Below are positions 20,866-31,490 of a stretch of DNA of 64,000 nt, piece after piece. The stretch is from Synergistales bacterium (lineage in GTDB: Bacteria; Synergistota; Synergistia; Synergistales; JAFGMB01), in assembly GCA_963666205.1 (NCBI GenBank), contig OY762654.1, forward strand, positions 1,024,001 to 1,088,000. The letters are read 5' to 3'. Every line of letters begins with the position of its first letter. Within the stretch, counting starts at the first letter, position 1. Both the position numbers and the translations under genes were made by a program. Under the pieces are notes generated by a model that did no database searches, was not told where the DNA came from, and saw nothing but the letters and a program-made list of their open reading frames with translations.

Positions 20866-22044
20866 ATGATCAAAAGATATATTGCAGATATTATCAGGGA
20901 AGATCTCCAACATAAAATGGTGTTCATAGGCGGCCCAAGACAGGTAGGAAAAACTACCCTCGCAAAAATGATAGGTGAAGATTACCCCTCTTTCACCTAT
21001 CTGAACTGGGATTTCCGCCCCCACAGAGAAGCTCTTGTAAGATCGACACTACCTGCTGAAACAAATCTCCTGATCCTTGACGAGATCCACAAATATCCTG
21101 ATTGGAAATCTCTGATAAAGGGGATCTGGGACACCAGGACAGGCGACGAATCCATTCTGGTAACTGGAAGCTCCAAGCTGGACATTTACAGAAGAGGCGG
21201 GGATTCTCTCCTTGGCAGGTACCACTATTTTCGACTTTATCCTTTGACTCTGAAAGAACTGAATTCTCAAGCTCCCGTAGGCATGGATTTCCCGGATAAA
21301 GCTCCGAAACTTGATCTGGACTTATCGGGGAAAGGATTGGACAAGCTCCTTTTTTTTGGAGGTTTTCCAGAACCTCTGCTTTCGGAAAGCGAAAGGGTAT
21401 TGAAAAGGTGGCAAAGAGAAAGATTTGAAAGGGTCTTCAGAGACGATATCAGGGAAACAGAGAACATAAGATCTCTTGCACAGATAGAGCTTCTGGCAGC
21501 TATGCTTCCATCCAGGGTGACATCACCCTTATCTCTGAATTCTCTGGCTGAAGACCTGGAAACCAGTTCAAACACAGTAAAAAGCTGGATGGATCTTCTT
21601 TGCAGAAATTATTTCACCTTTAAAATACCTCCATATCACAAGCGTCTTGAAAGGGCTCTCAAAAAAAGTTCTAAATACTATCTTTGGGACTGGTCCGAAA
21701 TAAAGGATGAAGGTGCACGTTTTGAAAACCTTATGGCAGTTCATTTGTTGAAATATGCACATTTTATCCAGGACAGCCATGGAATTTCTGTTGAACTGTA
21801 TTACCTCAGGGATACTGCTAAACGGGAAGTGGATTTTCTGCTGACTTGGCAAGACAAACCCTGGATTCTTGTCGAAACCAAGGTTAACCATGGTGATAGT
21901 TTAACCTCTCTGAACTATTTTGCAGATAAGCTTGGAGTTGATGAAAAATATGTAGTATGTCTGAATGATAAAAAAGATTACCTCGACAGGAACTCCGGCG
22001 TAAGGGTAATACCTGCAAGCAGATTTCTAATGTCCCTTGTGTGA
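20866..22044 (+). CDS. AAA_14 ATPase with DUF4143 C-terminal domain
   Basis: GPRQVGKTT Walker A, LILDEIH Walker B, VTGSS, SLLGR, GGFPE, REVDFLL..ILVETK. Confidence 0.9.
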   Translation: MIKRYIADIIREDLQHKMVFIGGPRQVGKTTLAKMIGEDYPSFTYLNWDFRPHREALVRSTLPAETNLLILDEIHKYPDWKSLIKGIWDTRTGDESILVTGSSKLDIYRRGGDSLLGRYHYFRLYPLTLKELNSQAPVGMDFPDKAPKLDLDLSGKGLDKLLFFGGFPEPLLSESERVLKRWQRERFERVFRDDIRETENIRSLAQIELLAAMLPSRVTSPLSLNSLAEDLETSSNTVKSWMDLLCRNYFTFKIPPYHKRLERALKKSSKYYLWDWSEIKDEGARFENLMAVHLLKYAHFIQDSHGISVELYYLRDTAKREVDFLLTWQDKPWILVETKVNHGDSLTSLNYFADKLGVDEKYVVCLNDKKDYLDRNSGVRVIPASRFLMSLV

Positions 22045-22047
22045 TCA

Positions 22048-22929
22048 GTCGTTTCGGTGCGCTAAAGCAGCACCCTACGGTTCTTGTCTTCCTGCGTGTT
22101 ACTCTGCGAAACATTTGCGCTTACAGTCCGCCTTAACGTCTTTGTAAGATGGTTTGCGGCGGATCCTCTGCGGTAAACCGATTTTAGATTTTGGATTTTA
22201 GATTTTGGATTAGATCCATTGAGTTCCTCCGTGGTGAAAGGGTTTTAACGGTTCAGCTTTACGGTTCTTAGGTTTAACTCGTGCAAAATAGTATCACCGT
22301 TTTGCGCAGTAGAAAAAAGATTTGAGGGCTTCCTCTGCGCTCTCTGCGCCCTCTGCGGTAAAATAGCTTTTGATTTTGACCTGGGTTCCCTCCGTGGTGA
22401 AAGGGTTTAACGGTTCAGCTTTACGGGTTTTCATGGCACAAAGCTGCGCTTTCGTGCCTCCACAAAACCTTTATCTCAGTAGCATCTGGTCCGAATGTAC
22501 GAATCTTTCATCTTACTCCTGAAGAGTTACCCCAAGGGTTTATGTCTTCCTCTGCGCTCTCTGCGCCCTCTGCGGTAAAATAGCTTTTGACTTTGACCTG
22601 GGTTTCCCTCCGTGTACCTCCGTGCCCTCCGTGGTGAAAAAGTTTGGGGTGGATGTTATAGTTACTGGTTTTATTGTTTCCATGGCACAAATCTCCGATT
22701 TCGTGCCTCCCCAAAACCTTTATCTCAGTAGCATCTGGTCTGAATGGATGTTGACATGGAACTCAACTTTATCTTACCGGCCCGAAGGTCCGCCCGTCCA
22801 CGGTTTGTTTAGATGGGTTTTGGCGGATTTCCTCTGTGCTCTCTGCGCCCTCTGCGGTAAAACAGCTTTTGACTTTGACCTGGTTTCCCTCCGTGGTACT
22901 CCGTGTCCTCCGTGGTGAAAAGGTTTGGG
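22048..22929. repeat. Modular repeat array R3
   Basis: REP, GTCCGCC stems, heptamers, hairpin D 22279, hairpin E 22435 and 22684, several iteron blocks. Confidence 0.9.
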
Positions 22930-24294
22930 TCAGGATCTCCAATAATCACATACCAGGTCTTCCAGCCTTACCAGGTTAATATCCTCTGATGATTCCAACC
23001 CCTTGAAACCTGACCTGGAGAATATATAAAATACCGTTCTGCTGCAATCCCTTCCGACTACTTTCCGGATCTTGTCAGCCTTACCTGCCAGATCCATGAA
23101 AACCCTTGAATTTGCCGGCTCACGAGTCCATTTACATTCACCAAGCACCAGGGTCTCGCCCTTTACAGCCACTATATCAACCTCATCCTCACCATCCCAC
23201 CACCTGCCCATACCTTCAGGGTTTATCCAATCTTTCAGAACCTGCCTGCAGATCTTCTCCCAGGTAAAGGAAGTATGCATAGAAAGAGTGGATGAGATCT
23301 TTTCCTGGACATCAGACCCTCTCTCCCTATAGATAAGTTCCTGATCGTCCAGCAGATACCTGAAATAAAAACGCAGATACTCATCCTCGATGAAGTACAG
23401 GGGGATCTTTTTAGGTCTTTTCAGGGAGAAGGGAAGTTCCTTGCGGATCAGTCCAAGCTCAAGGAGATTCCTCAGGTAAGTTGAAATGTTCTGATGGGGA
23501 ATACCAGTGATCTGTGCTATTTCGGATGCCCTGGTCCTGCCCTTTGCAATTGTCCTCAGGATCGAAAAATATGAAGTTGGATCCTTTTTGAACTCCTCCA
23601 TAACCAGAAAACGGCCCTCTTCCACTAGAAATTCACCAGGGCTCAGCATCGATTCCTTCAGTGCATTATTAAAAGAACCGTGTCCAGACATCTTCTTGAG
23701 ATAAAGAGGAATTCCCCCAACTGCAGAATATGTTTTTACCTGGTCTTCCATGTTCAGGTCAGGTAAAAATTTTCTTGCCTGCAGAAATCCCATAGGATCG
23801 ATACGGTATTGCCCTGTTCTTCTGCCATATATGGGACTGCTCTCTGCCAGGGTGATTCTTTCCATCATGCCGATAAAGGAACCGCAAAGCACCATCATCA
23901 CCGGCAGTTTACTGAATACCTGATCCCACCATCTCTGAAAAAGGGAAAGAAAGGAATCATCCTTGATGGGAATATACTGAAATTCGTCCCATACGATAAC
24001 CAGTTTTTCTCTGGATAATTTGATCATCTTTTCCAGAAGGGAGAACATCTCATCCCATTTAGTGACTTCCAGAGACAAAGGCAGTTCTGCTTTTTCTTTA
24101 AGGGGAATAGAGAACCTGTTGATCAGCTGCTGCGGTTCAGACATATCAGCAGTCAGGAAAAGAGCTCCGGGAAATGTGTTCTCAAGGAGGAAAGTCTTCC
24201 CTACCCTTCTCCTGCCATATATAACGACCAGCTCTGCATTTTCAGACCTGAACTTTTTTTCAAGAAATTCTTTCTCCTGTATCCGATCTATCAT
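22930..24294 (-). CDS. Archaeal-type ATPase (ATPase_2) + wHTH + DUF234 PD-(D/E)XK-like domain
   Basis: YGRRRVGKT, WDEFQY, CGS, PIYGRRT, GGIPLYL, GRWW..EVDIVA..GECKW; ATG at 24294 with GGGGGTG RBS preferred over TTG 24381. Confidence 0.88.
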   Translation of the reverse strand: MIDRIQEKEFLEKKFRSENAELVVIYGRRRVGKTFLLENTFPGALFLTADMSEPQQLINRFSIPLKEKAELPLSLEVTKWDEMFSLLEKMIKLSREKLVIVWDEFQYIPIKDDSFLSLFQRWWDQVFSKLPVMMVLCGSFIGMMERITLAESSPIYGRRTGQYRIDPMGFLQARKFLPDLNMEDQVKTYSAVGGIPLYLKKMSGHGSFNNALKESMLSPGEFLVEEGRFLVMEEFKKDPTSYFSILRTIAKGRTRASEIAQITGIPHQNISTYLRNLLELGLIRKELPFSLKRPKKIPLYFIEDEYLRFYFRYLLDDQELIYRERGSDVQEKISSTLSMHTSFTWEKICRQVLKDWINPEGMGRWWDGEDEVDIVAVKGETLVLGECKWTREPANSRVFMDLAGKADKIRKVVGRDCSRTVFYIFSRSGFKGLESSEDINLVRLEDLVCDYWRS

Positions 24295-24314
24295 ATGCGC
24301 ACCCCCAAAATCAA

Positions 24315-24357
24315 AAAATACAGAAGATATATTCTGCAAATATATCTTCTGTATTTT
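24315..24357. promoter_or_regulatory. Perfect 19-bp inverted repeat (putative operator) upstream of ATPase
   Basis: AAAATACAGAAGATATATT-CTGCA-AATATATCTTCTGTATTTT. Confidence 0.6.
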
Positions 24358-24388
24358 AAGGGCTGCTCTTATAAATTGCAAATAGTCC

Positions 24389-24770
24389 TTTCGGTGCGCT
24401 CTCTGCGGTAAACCAGCTTTTGCCTTAGGTTTTATGTTTTCCTCAGATATTCCTCCGTACCCTCCGCAGTAAAAGTGTCTACTGTTTTCAGGTTTTATGT
24501 TTCCCTCTGTGCCCTCCAGGTCTAATCTTTACCATGGCACAAAGCTGCGCTTTCGTGCCTCCACAAAACCTTAAAGTTAAGATGTAATCTATCTGAACTG
24601 TCAAAAAAGGAATAAATCCTGAATATTATGTCAAAGAAGTCTTGTTTTCCTCATGTTTTACCTCTGCGGTACTCTGCGTGACCCCTGCGCCCTCTGCGGT
24701 AAAACAGGTTTTGACTTTGACCTGGGTTTCCCTCCGTGGTGAAAGGGTTTTAACGGTTCAGCTTTACGGG
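24389..24770. repeat. Modular repeat array R4
   Basis: Iteron blocks, hairpin E 24536-24559, shared A-B linker. Confidence 0.85.
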
Positions 24771-26905
24771 GTATCTCCCCTTCGGTAATTCCCGCTCAGG
24801 TAATCATACAACCCATACACCCGCACCGGATCCTCCAATACCCTGCCCCCCATATCCGCACAGTACCTCTCCAGTTCCTGGTATAGATTCTTCCCCAGCA
24901 CATCCGGGTTAAGCTGCCTCAGAAGCTGTTCCGGGGTCTGCCAGGCACCGGGCTGACGGGCAGCATAGTAATTCCATGTAGACAGAAGGGTGAATTCCGA
25001 AGTCCATGTGTGGGCACTTTCCCTGCCGAACCAGTAATCCGCCGGTATCTCCAGATACATGCCAGCATTGCTGTAACTTTTGTCCATGGTCAGGTTATCC
25101 GTTCTGGCGATCCAGAATCCCACACCAAGGTTGTTCCACCACCTGGTCGCAGAAAACCTGGCACCCCAGTCACCGTCTATAAAGACACCGTACTCTCCAG
25201 TAAGGTCAAGGTCATAAACAGGATCATGATAACCGGCCTGGGCCCAGTACTCCCACCACCACTCATCATCCGGATAACCTCTTCCCACGGTTATCCTGCC
25301 CGTTCCTCCGAATGTCACCGGCTTATCAGCCAGGGAAGCGAAACCCTCGGGGTCCCTTTCATGGACCACGCTCATCCGGCCCCCTACCCACCATCGGCCG
25401 TCATCGCTGTAAAACCTGGCCCATGCATTTCCGCCGAACCACTGGGCATCCAGCCACCCGGCCTCACCCAGGGCAAAGAACCTGTCGTTTATCTTGTAAA
25501 GGTAACTGAGAACACCCTTCCATATGCGGGTTTCGTCATTGGTCTCGGGTTCCCAGTAAATATCTATATCGTTATCGATGGGCTGGCGGATATCCATAAT
25601 GGCCTCCCAGCCATGGCTCGACCTCATGCGGTAGATCCAGTCAACACTCCAGCGGTCCATATAATCTTCCTGGAGGGTCCTGTCGATGCGGGGTTCGTAG
25701 ACAAGCATGGCCTTGAATTCCGAATTGCCCTTATGTCCCGACCTGCCAGGACCATAGTGGACAGGCCACTTGTCACGGAAAAGATCATCCCGGACCCAGG
25801 TGATTTCAGCCCCGGCCGCATCGGTTGCACTTATGTCGCCAAGGCGCAGTAGACCGCACTGGTAACCGGGAACTTCAAGAACACTGATGGCCTCGCCTCG
25901 AAGCCTTGGCACCAGGAAAAGGCTTTCCGTATCCCATGGAAGAAGCAGGGAAGTAAGGGTCATAACCCGGGCCATGGCCTCAGCCTGGGACGTATAGCCG
26001 ATATTCTCGTAGGCCACAAGGACTCTCCTGTCACCGATGAACACCTCCACATCCCGAACACCGACCCTGTTTCCGACATACTCCACAATCTGCTCTGCAA
26101 GACCTTCCAGGTCAGTTTTCTCCCAGTCGGGAAGGGTTACATCTGAAGATTCGGGAAGTGCATATTTCTTTTTATTTTTCCCGAAAAAGGGCTTCGTGAG
26201 GTCAAAATTGTATGAAAGGCCGAAACACCACTCCTCACCCCTCTGATAACTCAGGGAAGCATCCACACCCCAGGGGGTCTTCGCCACAAATCCCGCATTT
26301 ACCTTTGAATCGACATCCTCCGCGATGATCCGTCTGGAACCTATAGTATCCTGGCTGTAATCCAGAGGGCTGTACTCAGCCTTGACCTCAAGCCAGTCAT
26401 AGGGCTGCCATGAAAGGCCGCCGAAAAAGCCGTTAAGTCTGTCGCTGCCATAACCCCATGTGAGGGCAAGCCTGTCCCATTCCCAGGTGGCCACGCTGTA
26501 ATAGGCCTGCATTATCTTCGTACCCAGAATGTCCGTAACGCCAAAGGCAACACTGGGGCGGCACTCATCCTGTTGAAACATGAGAAATTTAAGGTCAATG
26601 GCCTTGTCCTTGTATTTTCCGTAACCTTCCGATATCTGTGGCCCCGTAGCGAAACGGGTAAGGCGCAGGTTCAGTTCCATCCAGGGAAAATAACCGAGGG
26701 AAATGTAGTATGGCCTGTAGGGCTCGAACCATGAAATGCCCACCCTGCCCATACCGTCACCGGGCACCTGTGCCGTGGGGTACTCCCACAGGCCGAGGAA
26801 TCCAGCATTGGAAGGACTTGCTCCGTATGAACTGCCTGTAAAGGCTGTAATAAGTAACAGAGAAAAGACAAAGACCGTTAAAAATATCCTGCGAAAAATG
26901 ACCAA
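24764..26905 (-). CDS. YjbH/GfcD-like outer-membrane exopolysaccharide protein
   Basis: Signal peptide; GLWEYPTA, FPWMELNLR, YKDKAIDLK, FGVTDILGT, GVFIDGDWG. Confidence 0.75.
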   Translation of the reverse strand: MVIFRRIFLTVFVFSLLLITAFTGSSYGASPSNAGFLGLWEYPTAQVPGDGMGRVGISWFEPYRPYYISLGYFPWMELNLRLTRFATGPQISEGYGKYKDKAIDLKFLMFQQDECRPSVAFGVTDILGTKIMQAYYSVATWEWDRLALTWGYGSDRLNGFFGGLSWQPYDWLEVKAEYSPLDYSQDTIGSRRIIAEDVDSKVNAGFVAKTPWGVDASLSYQRGEEWCFGLSYNFDLTKPFFGKNKKKYALPESSDVTLPDWEKTDLEGLAEQIVEYVGNRVGVRDVEVFIGDRRVLVAYENIGYTSQAEAMARVMTLTSLLLPWDTESLFLVPRLRGEAISVLEVPGYQCGLLRLGDISATDAAGAEITWVRDDLFRDKWPVHYGPGRSGHKGNSEFKAMLVYEPRIDRTLQEDYMDRWSVDWIYRMRSSHGWEAIMDIRQPIDNDIDIYWEPETNDETRIWKGVLSYLYKINDRFFALGEAGWLDAQWFGGNAWARFYSDDGRWWVGGRMSVVHERDPEGFASLADKPVTFGGTGRITVGRGYPDDEWWWEYWAQAGYHDPVYDLDLTGEYGVFIDGDWGARFSATRWWNNLGVGFWIARTDNLTMDKSYSNAGMYLEIPADYWFGRESAHTWTSEFTLLSTWNYYAARQPGAWQTPEQLLRQLNPDVLGKNLYQELERYCADMGGRVLEDPVRVYGLYDYLSGNYRRGDTP

Positions 26906-26939
26906 CCACTCCCCGAAGAAAAGTCAAACAAAAAACGAA

Positions 26940-27110
26940 CCAGAACAATTTTACCGCAGAGGACGCAGAGAACGCAGAGGAAAGCGTAACCCTGAGTGAA
27001 CCATTTTTCTTTAACCTGCTGCGTATATATTTCCGAGTTCATCCGCTCAGACCTTATCCAACTTAGACTGAGGTTAATGGATGTCACATAATCATAGATT
27101 TGTGCCAGGA
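26940..27110. repeat. Modular repeat array R5
   Basis: TTTTACCGCAGAGGACGCAGAGAACGCAGAGG + ~90-100 bp element + hairpin E (reverse). Confidence 0.85.
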
Positions 27111-27149
27111 GAAACTCTAGCCATAAATTCTGGCTGGTTACTGGATTTA

Positions 27150-27527
27150 CTACAGCCCGTTGGCAAATCGGGTTATACCATCCTTAAGTTTGACTACATT
27201 GAAATTAATAAGCAATCCTAGTTTCTTGCCGCTCAGTTTCAAGTAAGAAAGGATCTGAGCCTTATGTATATCCGTTATTTTTTCAACGGATTTAAGTTCA
27301 ATAATAATCTCGTCCTCTACAACCAGATCCAGACGATAACCCAAGTCTATTTTGACTTCATCATAAATCACAGGAAGAACTTTCTGGGACTCAACTTTAA
27401 AGCCTCTTTTATTTAATTCATAACAAAGACAAGCTTCATATGAACTTTCGAGAAGACCCGGACCTAAAGCAGAATGTACTTTAACAGCGCTATCAATAAT
27501 TTCTTTGCTTATCTCATTTATCTCCAT
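27150..27527 (-). CDS. GxxExxY protein (PD-(D/E)XK nuclease superfamily, PDDEXK_3)
   Basis: LGPGLLESSYE, YRLDLVVEDEIIIELKSV, AQILSYLK, GLLINF; 125 aa. Confidence 0.92.
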   Translation of the reverse strand: MEINEISKEIIDSAVKVHSALGPGLLESSYEACLCYELNKRGFKVESQKVLPVIYDEVKIDLGYRLDLVVEDEIIIELKSVEKITDIHKAQILSYLKLSGKKLGLLINFNVVKLKDGITRFANGL

Positions 27528-27599
27528 AGGTCTGAATACCCCCCAATTCAGTCATGACAAAACCCTAACCATTCTACAACAAAATTGTTTTTGGTTTTG

Positions 27600-28105
27600 C
27601 CTCTAAGTCGTGCAAAACCGAGTCTGGTTTTGCGCAGTAGGAAAAAGATTTGCGGGTTTCCTCTGCGCTCTCTGCGCCCTCTGCGGTAAAACAGGTTTGA
27701 GGGTAGATTTTATAGTTTCCGTTTTTATTGTTTCCATGGCATAAATCTACGATTTCATGCCATACATCAACTTTGAGGTAAAGTAGTATCTAGTCCGAAC
27801 ATTCTGAACCCAGAATTGGGAAAATCCCATATTCCGCAATGTTTTAAGCTTTTCCTCCGCGGTACTCTGCGCTCCCTCTGTGTCCTCTGCGGTAAAACAG
27901 GTTTGAGGGTAGATTTTATAGTTTCCGTTTTTATTGTTTTCATGGCACAAATCTACGATTTCGAGCCTCCCCAAAACCTTTATCTTCGTAGGATATGGTC
28001 TGTCCGGACAAATATCACATGTTATTCATGAACAGTTATACCAAGGTTTTACGCCTTCCTCCGTGGTAAAAGGGTTATAACGGTTCAGCTTCACGGGTTT
28101 TACTC
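27600..28105. repeat. Modular repeat array R6
   Basis: Hairpin D 27608, hairpin E 27738 and 27944, iterons; ~79-bp tandem duplication at ~27679 and ~27884. Confidence 0.9.
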
Positions 28106-28142
28106 TTGAAAAAGGAAACTTCATGTTTCAAAGTAAACCATT

Positions 28143-28724
28143 TTATTTTACTCTCATTACAACTCCGCCATTGCCCCCAACATTTGCTGGATTTTCCGAT
28201 GCTATAAATAAACTCTTCGAAGGATCATCAAGATTCTCGCTCAGGGAACCATCATAGATCCCGCTTTCGGGAGACATCCTTTCCAGCTGTTTTCTGATCG
28301 AATAATCCGCATAGGTATTAGTAACATTGGCTGCAACATAAATATGAACATCTGGAGTGGCATAGGAAGGATCGCTTCCCGGCCCGGAAACATAGATAAA
28401 GTACGGGTTCTTTGAAGCATTATTCCAATCCTTTGGACCCGTTATACTGTGAGGTTCAGGTATACCCCTGTCCAGGTATTGGCTCAGGCTGTTTATGCTA
28501 ATTACACCCCAACCCTGCTCACTCTGGGAAAACCACTGCTGATTATCAGCATAGTACATAACTACTGCAGTCTTGAGAACTTCCAGGTTTGAGACTATCT
28601 TTGTCGCCTCGCTCTTACTGGTCGCGCTTCCGATTGTGATCATAAGAGAACCTGAGAGAATGCCTATAATGATGATTACAATGAGGATCTCTATAAGGGA
28701 AAAACCTCTGCTGCGCTTTTTCAA
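28143..28724 (-). CDS. Prepilin-type N-terminal cleavage/methylation domain protein (pilin/pseudopilin)
   Basis: RSRG|FSLIEILIVIIIIGIL class III signal peptide. Confidence 0.88.
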   Translation of the reverse strand: MKKRSRGFSLIEILIVIIIIGILSGSLMITIGSATSKSEATKIVSNLEVLKTAVVMYYADNQQWFSQSEQGWGVISINSLSQYLDRGIPEPHSITGPKDWNNASKNPYFIYVSGPGSDPSYATPDVHIYVAANVTNTYADYSIRKQLERMSPESGIYDGSLSENLDDPSKSLFIASENPANVGGNGGVVMRVK

Positions 28725-28917
28725 CTCTCAATTACCTCCCTGGCTGATTAGTATGTGGGATCTTGAACACCATTGAATAGTGTACAGACCTGTTTTCTAA
28801 CCACCAGGGCAAAAAAGCCTGTTTTCCAGGGGACAGGAAGACCAATTTCCCAGGGACTTATGGACCATTTGTATTTCTCATTCGCTCAAGTCCCCCATAC
28901 CTGGGTGTATTTAGCCT

Positions 28918-29525
28918 TATCGGTGCGCTGGAGCGCACCCTGCAAAACTTTATCTTACCGGGCCGAAGGTCCGCCCGTCCTCGATTTGTTTAGTGGGTTT
29001 TGGCGGCTTTCCTCCGTGGTAGAAAGGTTTACGGTTCTAAGGTTCCAATCGTGCAAAATAGTATCACCGTTTTGCGCAGCATGTATTATAACAAGTGGTT
29101 ATGACTTTCCTCCGTGCTACTCCGTGACCTCCGTGGTAGATAGGTTTTAGCGTTTGGGCTTTACGGGTTTTCATGGCACAAATCTACGATTTCGTGCCTC
29201 CCCAAAACCTTTATCTTCGTAGGATATGGTCTGTCCGGACAAATATCGGATGTTATTCCTGTTCAGGTATACCAAGGTTTTACGCCTTCCTCCGTGTCCT
29301 CCGTGGTGAAAGGGTTATAACGGTTCAGCTTTATGGGTTTCCATGGCACAAATCTTCGATTTCGTGCCTCTCAAAAACCTCAATCTTAGTAGTATTGGAT
29401 CTTGCAAAACATAACCAAAGATTAGTCGCAGCATATTTATACAAAAGGGGTTAAGCTTTCCTCTGCGCTCTCTGCGCCCTCTGCGGTAAAACAGGTTTTG
29501 ACTCTGATTTTGACTTTGGTTTTGA
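28918..29525. repeat. Modular repeat array R7
   Basis: REP 28922-28943, GTCCGCC stem, hairpin D 29049, hairpin E 29175 and 29345, iterons. Confidence 0.9.
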
Positions 29526-29532
29526 TAAAAAA

Positions 29533-29559
29533 AGAGGATAGCCTTTCGGCTACCCTCTC
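29533..29559 (-). terminator. Intrinsic terminator of Synergist-CTERM gene
   Basis: AGAGGATAGCC-TTTC-GGCTACCCTCT preceded by A-run on + strand. Confidence 0.65.
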
Positions 29560-29579
29560 TCAATTATCTTCTCAGCTTA

Positions 29580-30137
29580 TTACTTCAGCAGCCACACCAG
29601 CGGTAAAGCCAGCAGACCCATCAGAGGGCTTACAGCCCCGGCGTTACAACCGCCGCCACCGCCACCACCGGAAGTCTCTTCTTCTGCATTTACAAGATAG
29701 ACCTGGGAAGTTGAAAAATACAGAGAAGGATCTGTTATTGTGGCAACTCCATTCACGACCTCGATAAAATCATAATAATCAGAATGATTCTGGATCAATA
29801 TACCATCGGGATCAAGACCGGTACCCCTCACATCAATGGTTACTGTTCCAACAGGCGTAGTATCGTAGACTGCTTCCACACCCGCAAGGACGACGATCGT
29901 ATAAGTTCCGCTTACCGGCATATTAATATGATCACTGGTCACGCTGGAACTTAAAATACAAGAGGCACAGGAGTCCGTATCTGGAGAAAATATGATAGTC
30001 CCTGGATCAATGGACGTGTAAATCTCCGTATCGACATGTCCAACATGGCCTATATCATGACCTACCACAGCCATACCTACCGACGCAAAAACAAGAACAA
30101 GTGCTGCAGAAACTGCAAAAAGAACAACTTTTTTCAT
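29580..30137 (-). CDS. Synergist-CTERM sorting-domain surface protein
   Basis: Signal peptide; C-terminus SGGGGGGGCNAGAVSPLMGLLALPLVWLLK. Confidence 0.85.
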   Translation of the reverse strand: MKKVVLFAVSAALVLVFASVGMAVVGHDIGHVGHVDTEIYTSIDPGTIIFSPDTDSCASCILSSSVTSDHINMPVSGTYTIVVLAGVEAVYDTTPVGTVTIDVRGTGLDPDGILIQNHSDYYDFIEVVNGVATITDPSLYFSTSQVYLVNAEEETSGGGGGGGCNAGAVSPLMGLLALPLVWLLK

Positions 30138-30304
30138 GAATATATCCCCCTCCAGAAGAGAAATGATAAAAAATCAGTTATAACGTATACAGAAACGAAC
30201 CAACCCGGATTATAAACCTAACAACTTTATAGAGCAATATTAAAAAGATCTGAATACCGGAAATGTTACATTAGACCTATCCACCACAAAGGAAATATTT
30301 AAAA

Positions 30305-30460
30305 ACATGTTTAACCGCAGAGGACGCAGAGAAAACCGGGAGGAAAGCATAAAAACATCGCTATGTAGATTTTATTAATCTCCTGTTTTATATATACATG
30401 ACCTGATCCTACTAAGATAAAGGTTGATGTATGGCATCAAATCATCGATTTGTGCCAGGA
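30305..30460. repeat. Modular repeat array R8
   Basis: Iteron + 89-bp element + hairpin E; similar to 34059-34200. Confidence 0.8.
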
Positions 30461-30659
30461 AGCAAATATTTACAGTGGGCATCGAAGAAAATAACCTGGT
30501 TTTTTACCTGGAATATTTTAAATTGACTTAATTTTTATGTTCCATCATGTGATACCAGCGGCAGAAAAAGGTTCTCTTTTCTGCCGGCAGTCAACCTTAA
30601 AAAACAAAGAAATATTGTAATAAAACCGTAGAGTCAAAAACATTGCCCAAATTAAGTTT

Positions 30660-31490
30660 CAGTACTTGGGTTCCCTCTGCGCTCTCTGCGCCCTCTGCGG
30701 TTAGCTTAGGGTTAATAGGGGTAAAAGGTTTACGGTTCAGGTTTACGGGACCAATCGTGCAAAATAGTTCCATCATTTTGCGCAGCATAACAAGGAGTGT
30801 TAAGGGCCGAATGTCCGGCCAACCCGGCTTTAAGTTTTTTAGGAAGATCTTTGACGGAGGTTTTTGGCGGGTTTCCTCTGCGGTAAAAGAAAGATACTGA
30901 ATTTGTTTTTGACTTTGGTTTTATTGGTTAAGAGGTTTTCCTCTGTGACCTCTAGTTCGAAAGCACTACCTGGCACAAATCTACGATTTGGTGCCATACA
31001 TCAACCTCAGTCTAAGTAGCATAAGATCTGAGTGGACGTAACATCGGAATAAACACGCAGTATATGGATAAAATGGTTTGACGGGTTTCCTCAGGGTCTA
31101 CCTCTGCGAAACTCTGCGTAACCTCAGCGTCCTCTGCGGTAAAACAGCTTTTGATTTTGACCTGGTTTCCCTCCGTGTCCTCCGTGGTAGATAGGTTTTA
31201 GCGTTTTGGCTTTACGGGTTCCCATGGCACAAATCTCCGATTTTGTGCCTCCGGAAAAACTTGTTCACCAGGTTTTGTAAGTTTCAGGTTCTCGTTCTTA
31301 ATCGTGAAAAATCTAGTCTGATTTTTCGCAGCATGTTTCTTAAATCATTTGGTCTCGTTTTCCTCTGCGCTTCCTCTGCGCTCTCTGCGCCCTCTGCGGT
31401 AAAATAGCTTTTGACTTTGACCTGGTTTCCCCTCCTGCAAAGTTATCAGTCTTGCATACATACGGTTAAAATCAAGGTCTGACCCCATTC
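30660..31490. repeat. Modular repeat array R9
   Basis: Hairpin D 30755 and 31302, hairpin E 30972 and 31226, iterons; ends in a 34-bp element 31456-31489. Confidence 0.9.

Noticed and set aside
25010-25852. Long antisense ORFs (also 11781-12578, 13669-14466, 19720-20457)
   Set aside because: Shadows of well-supported genes on the opposite strand.
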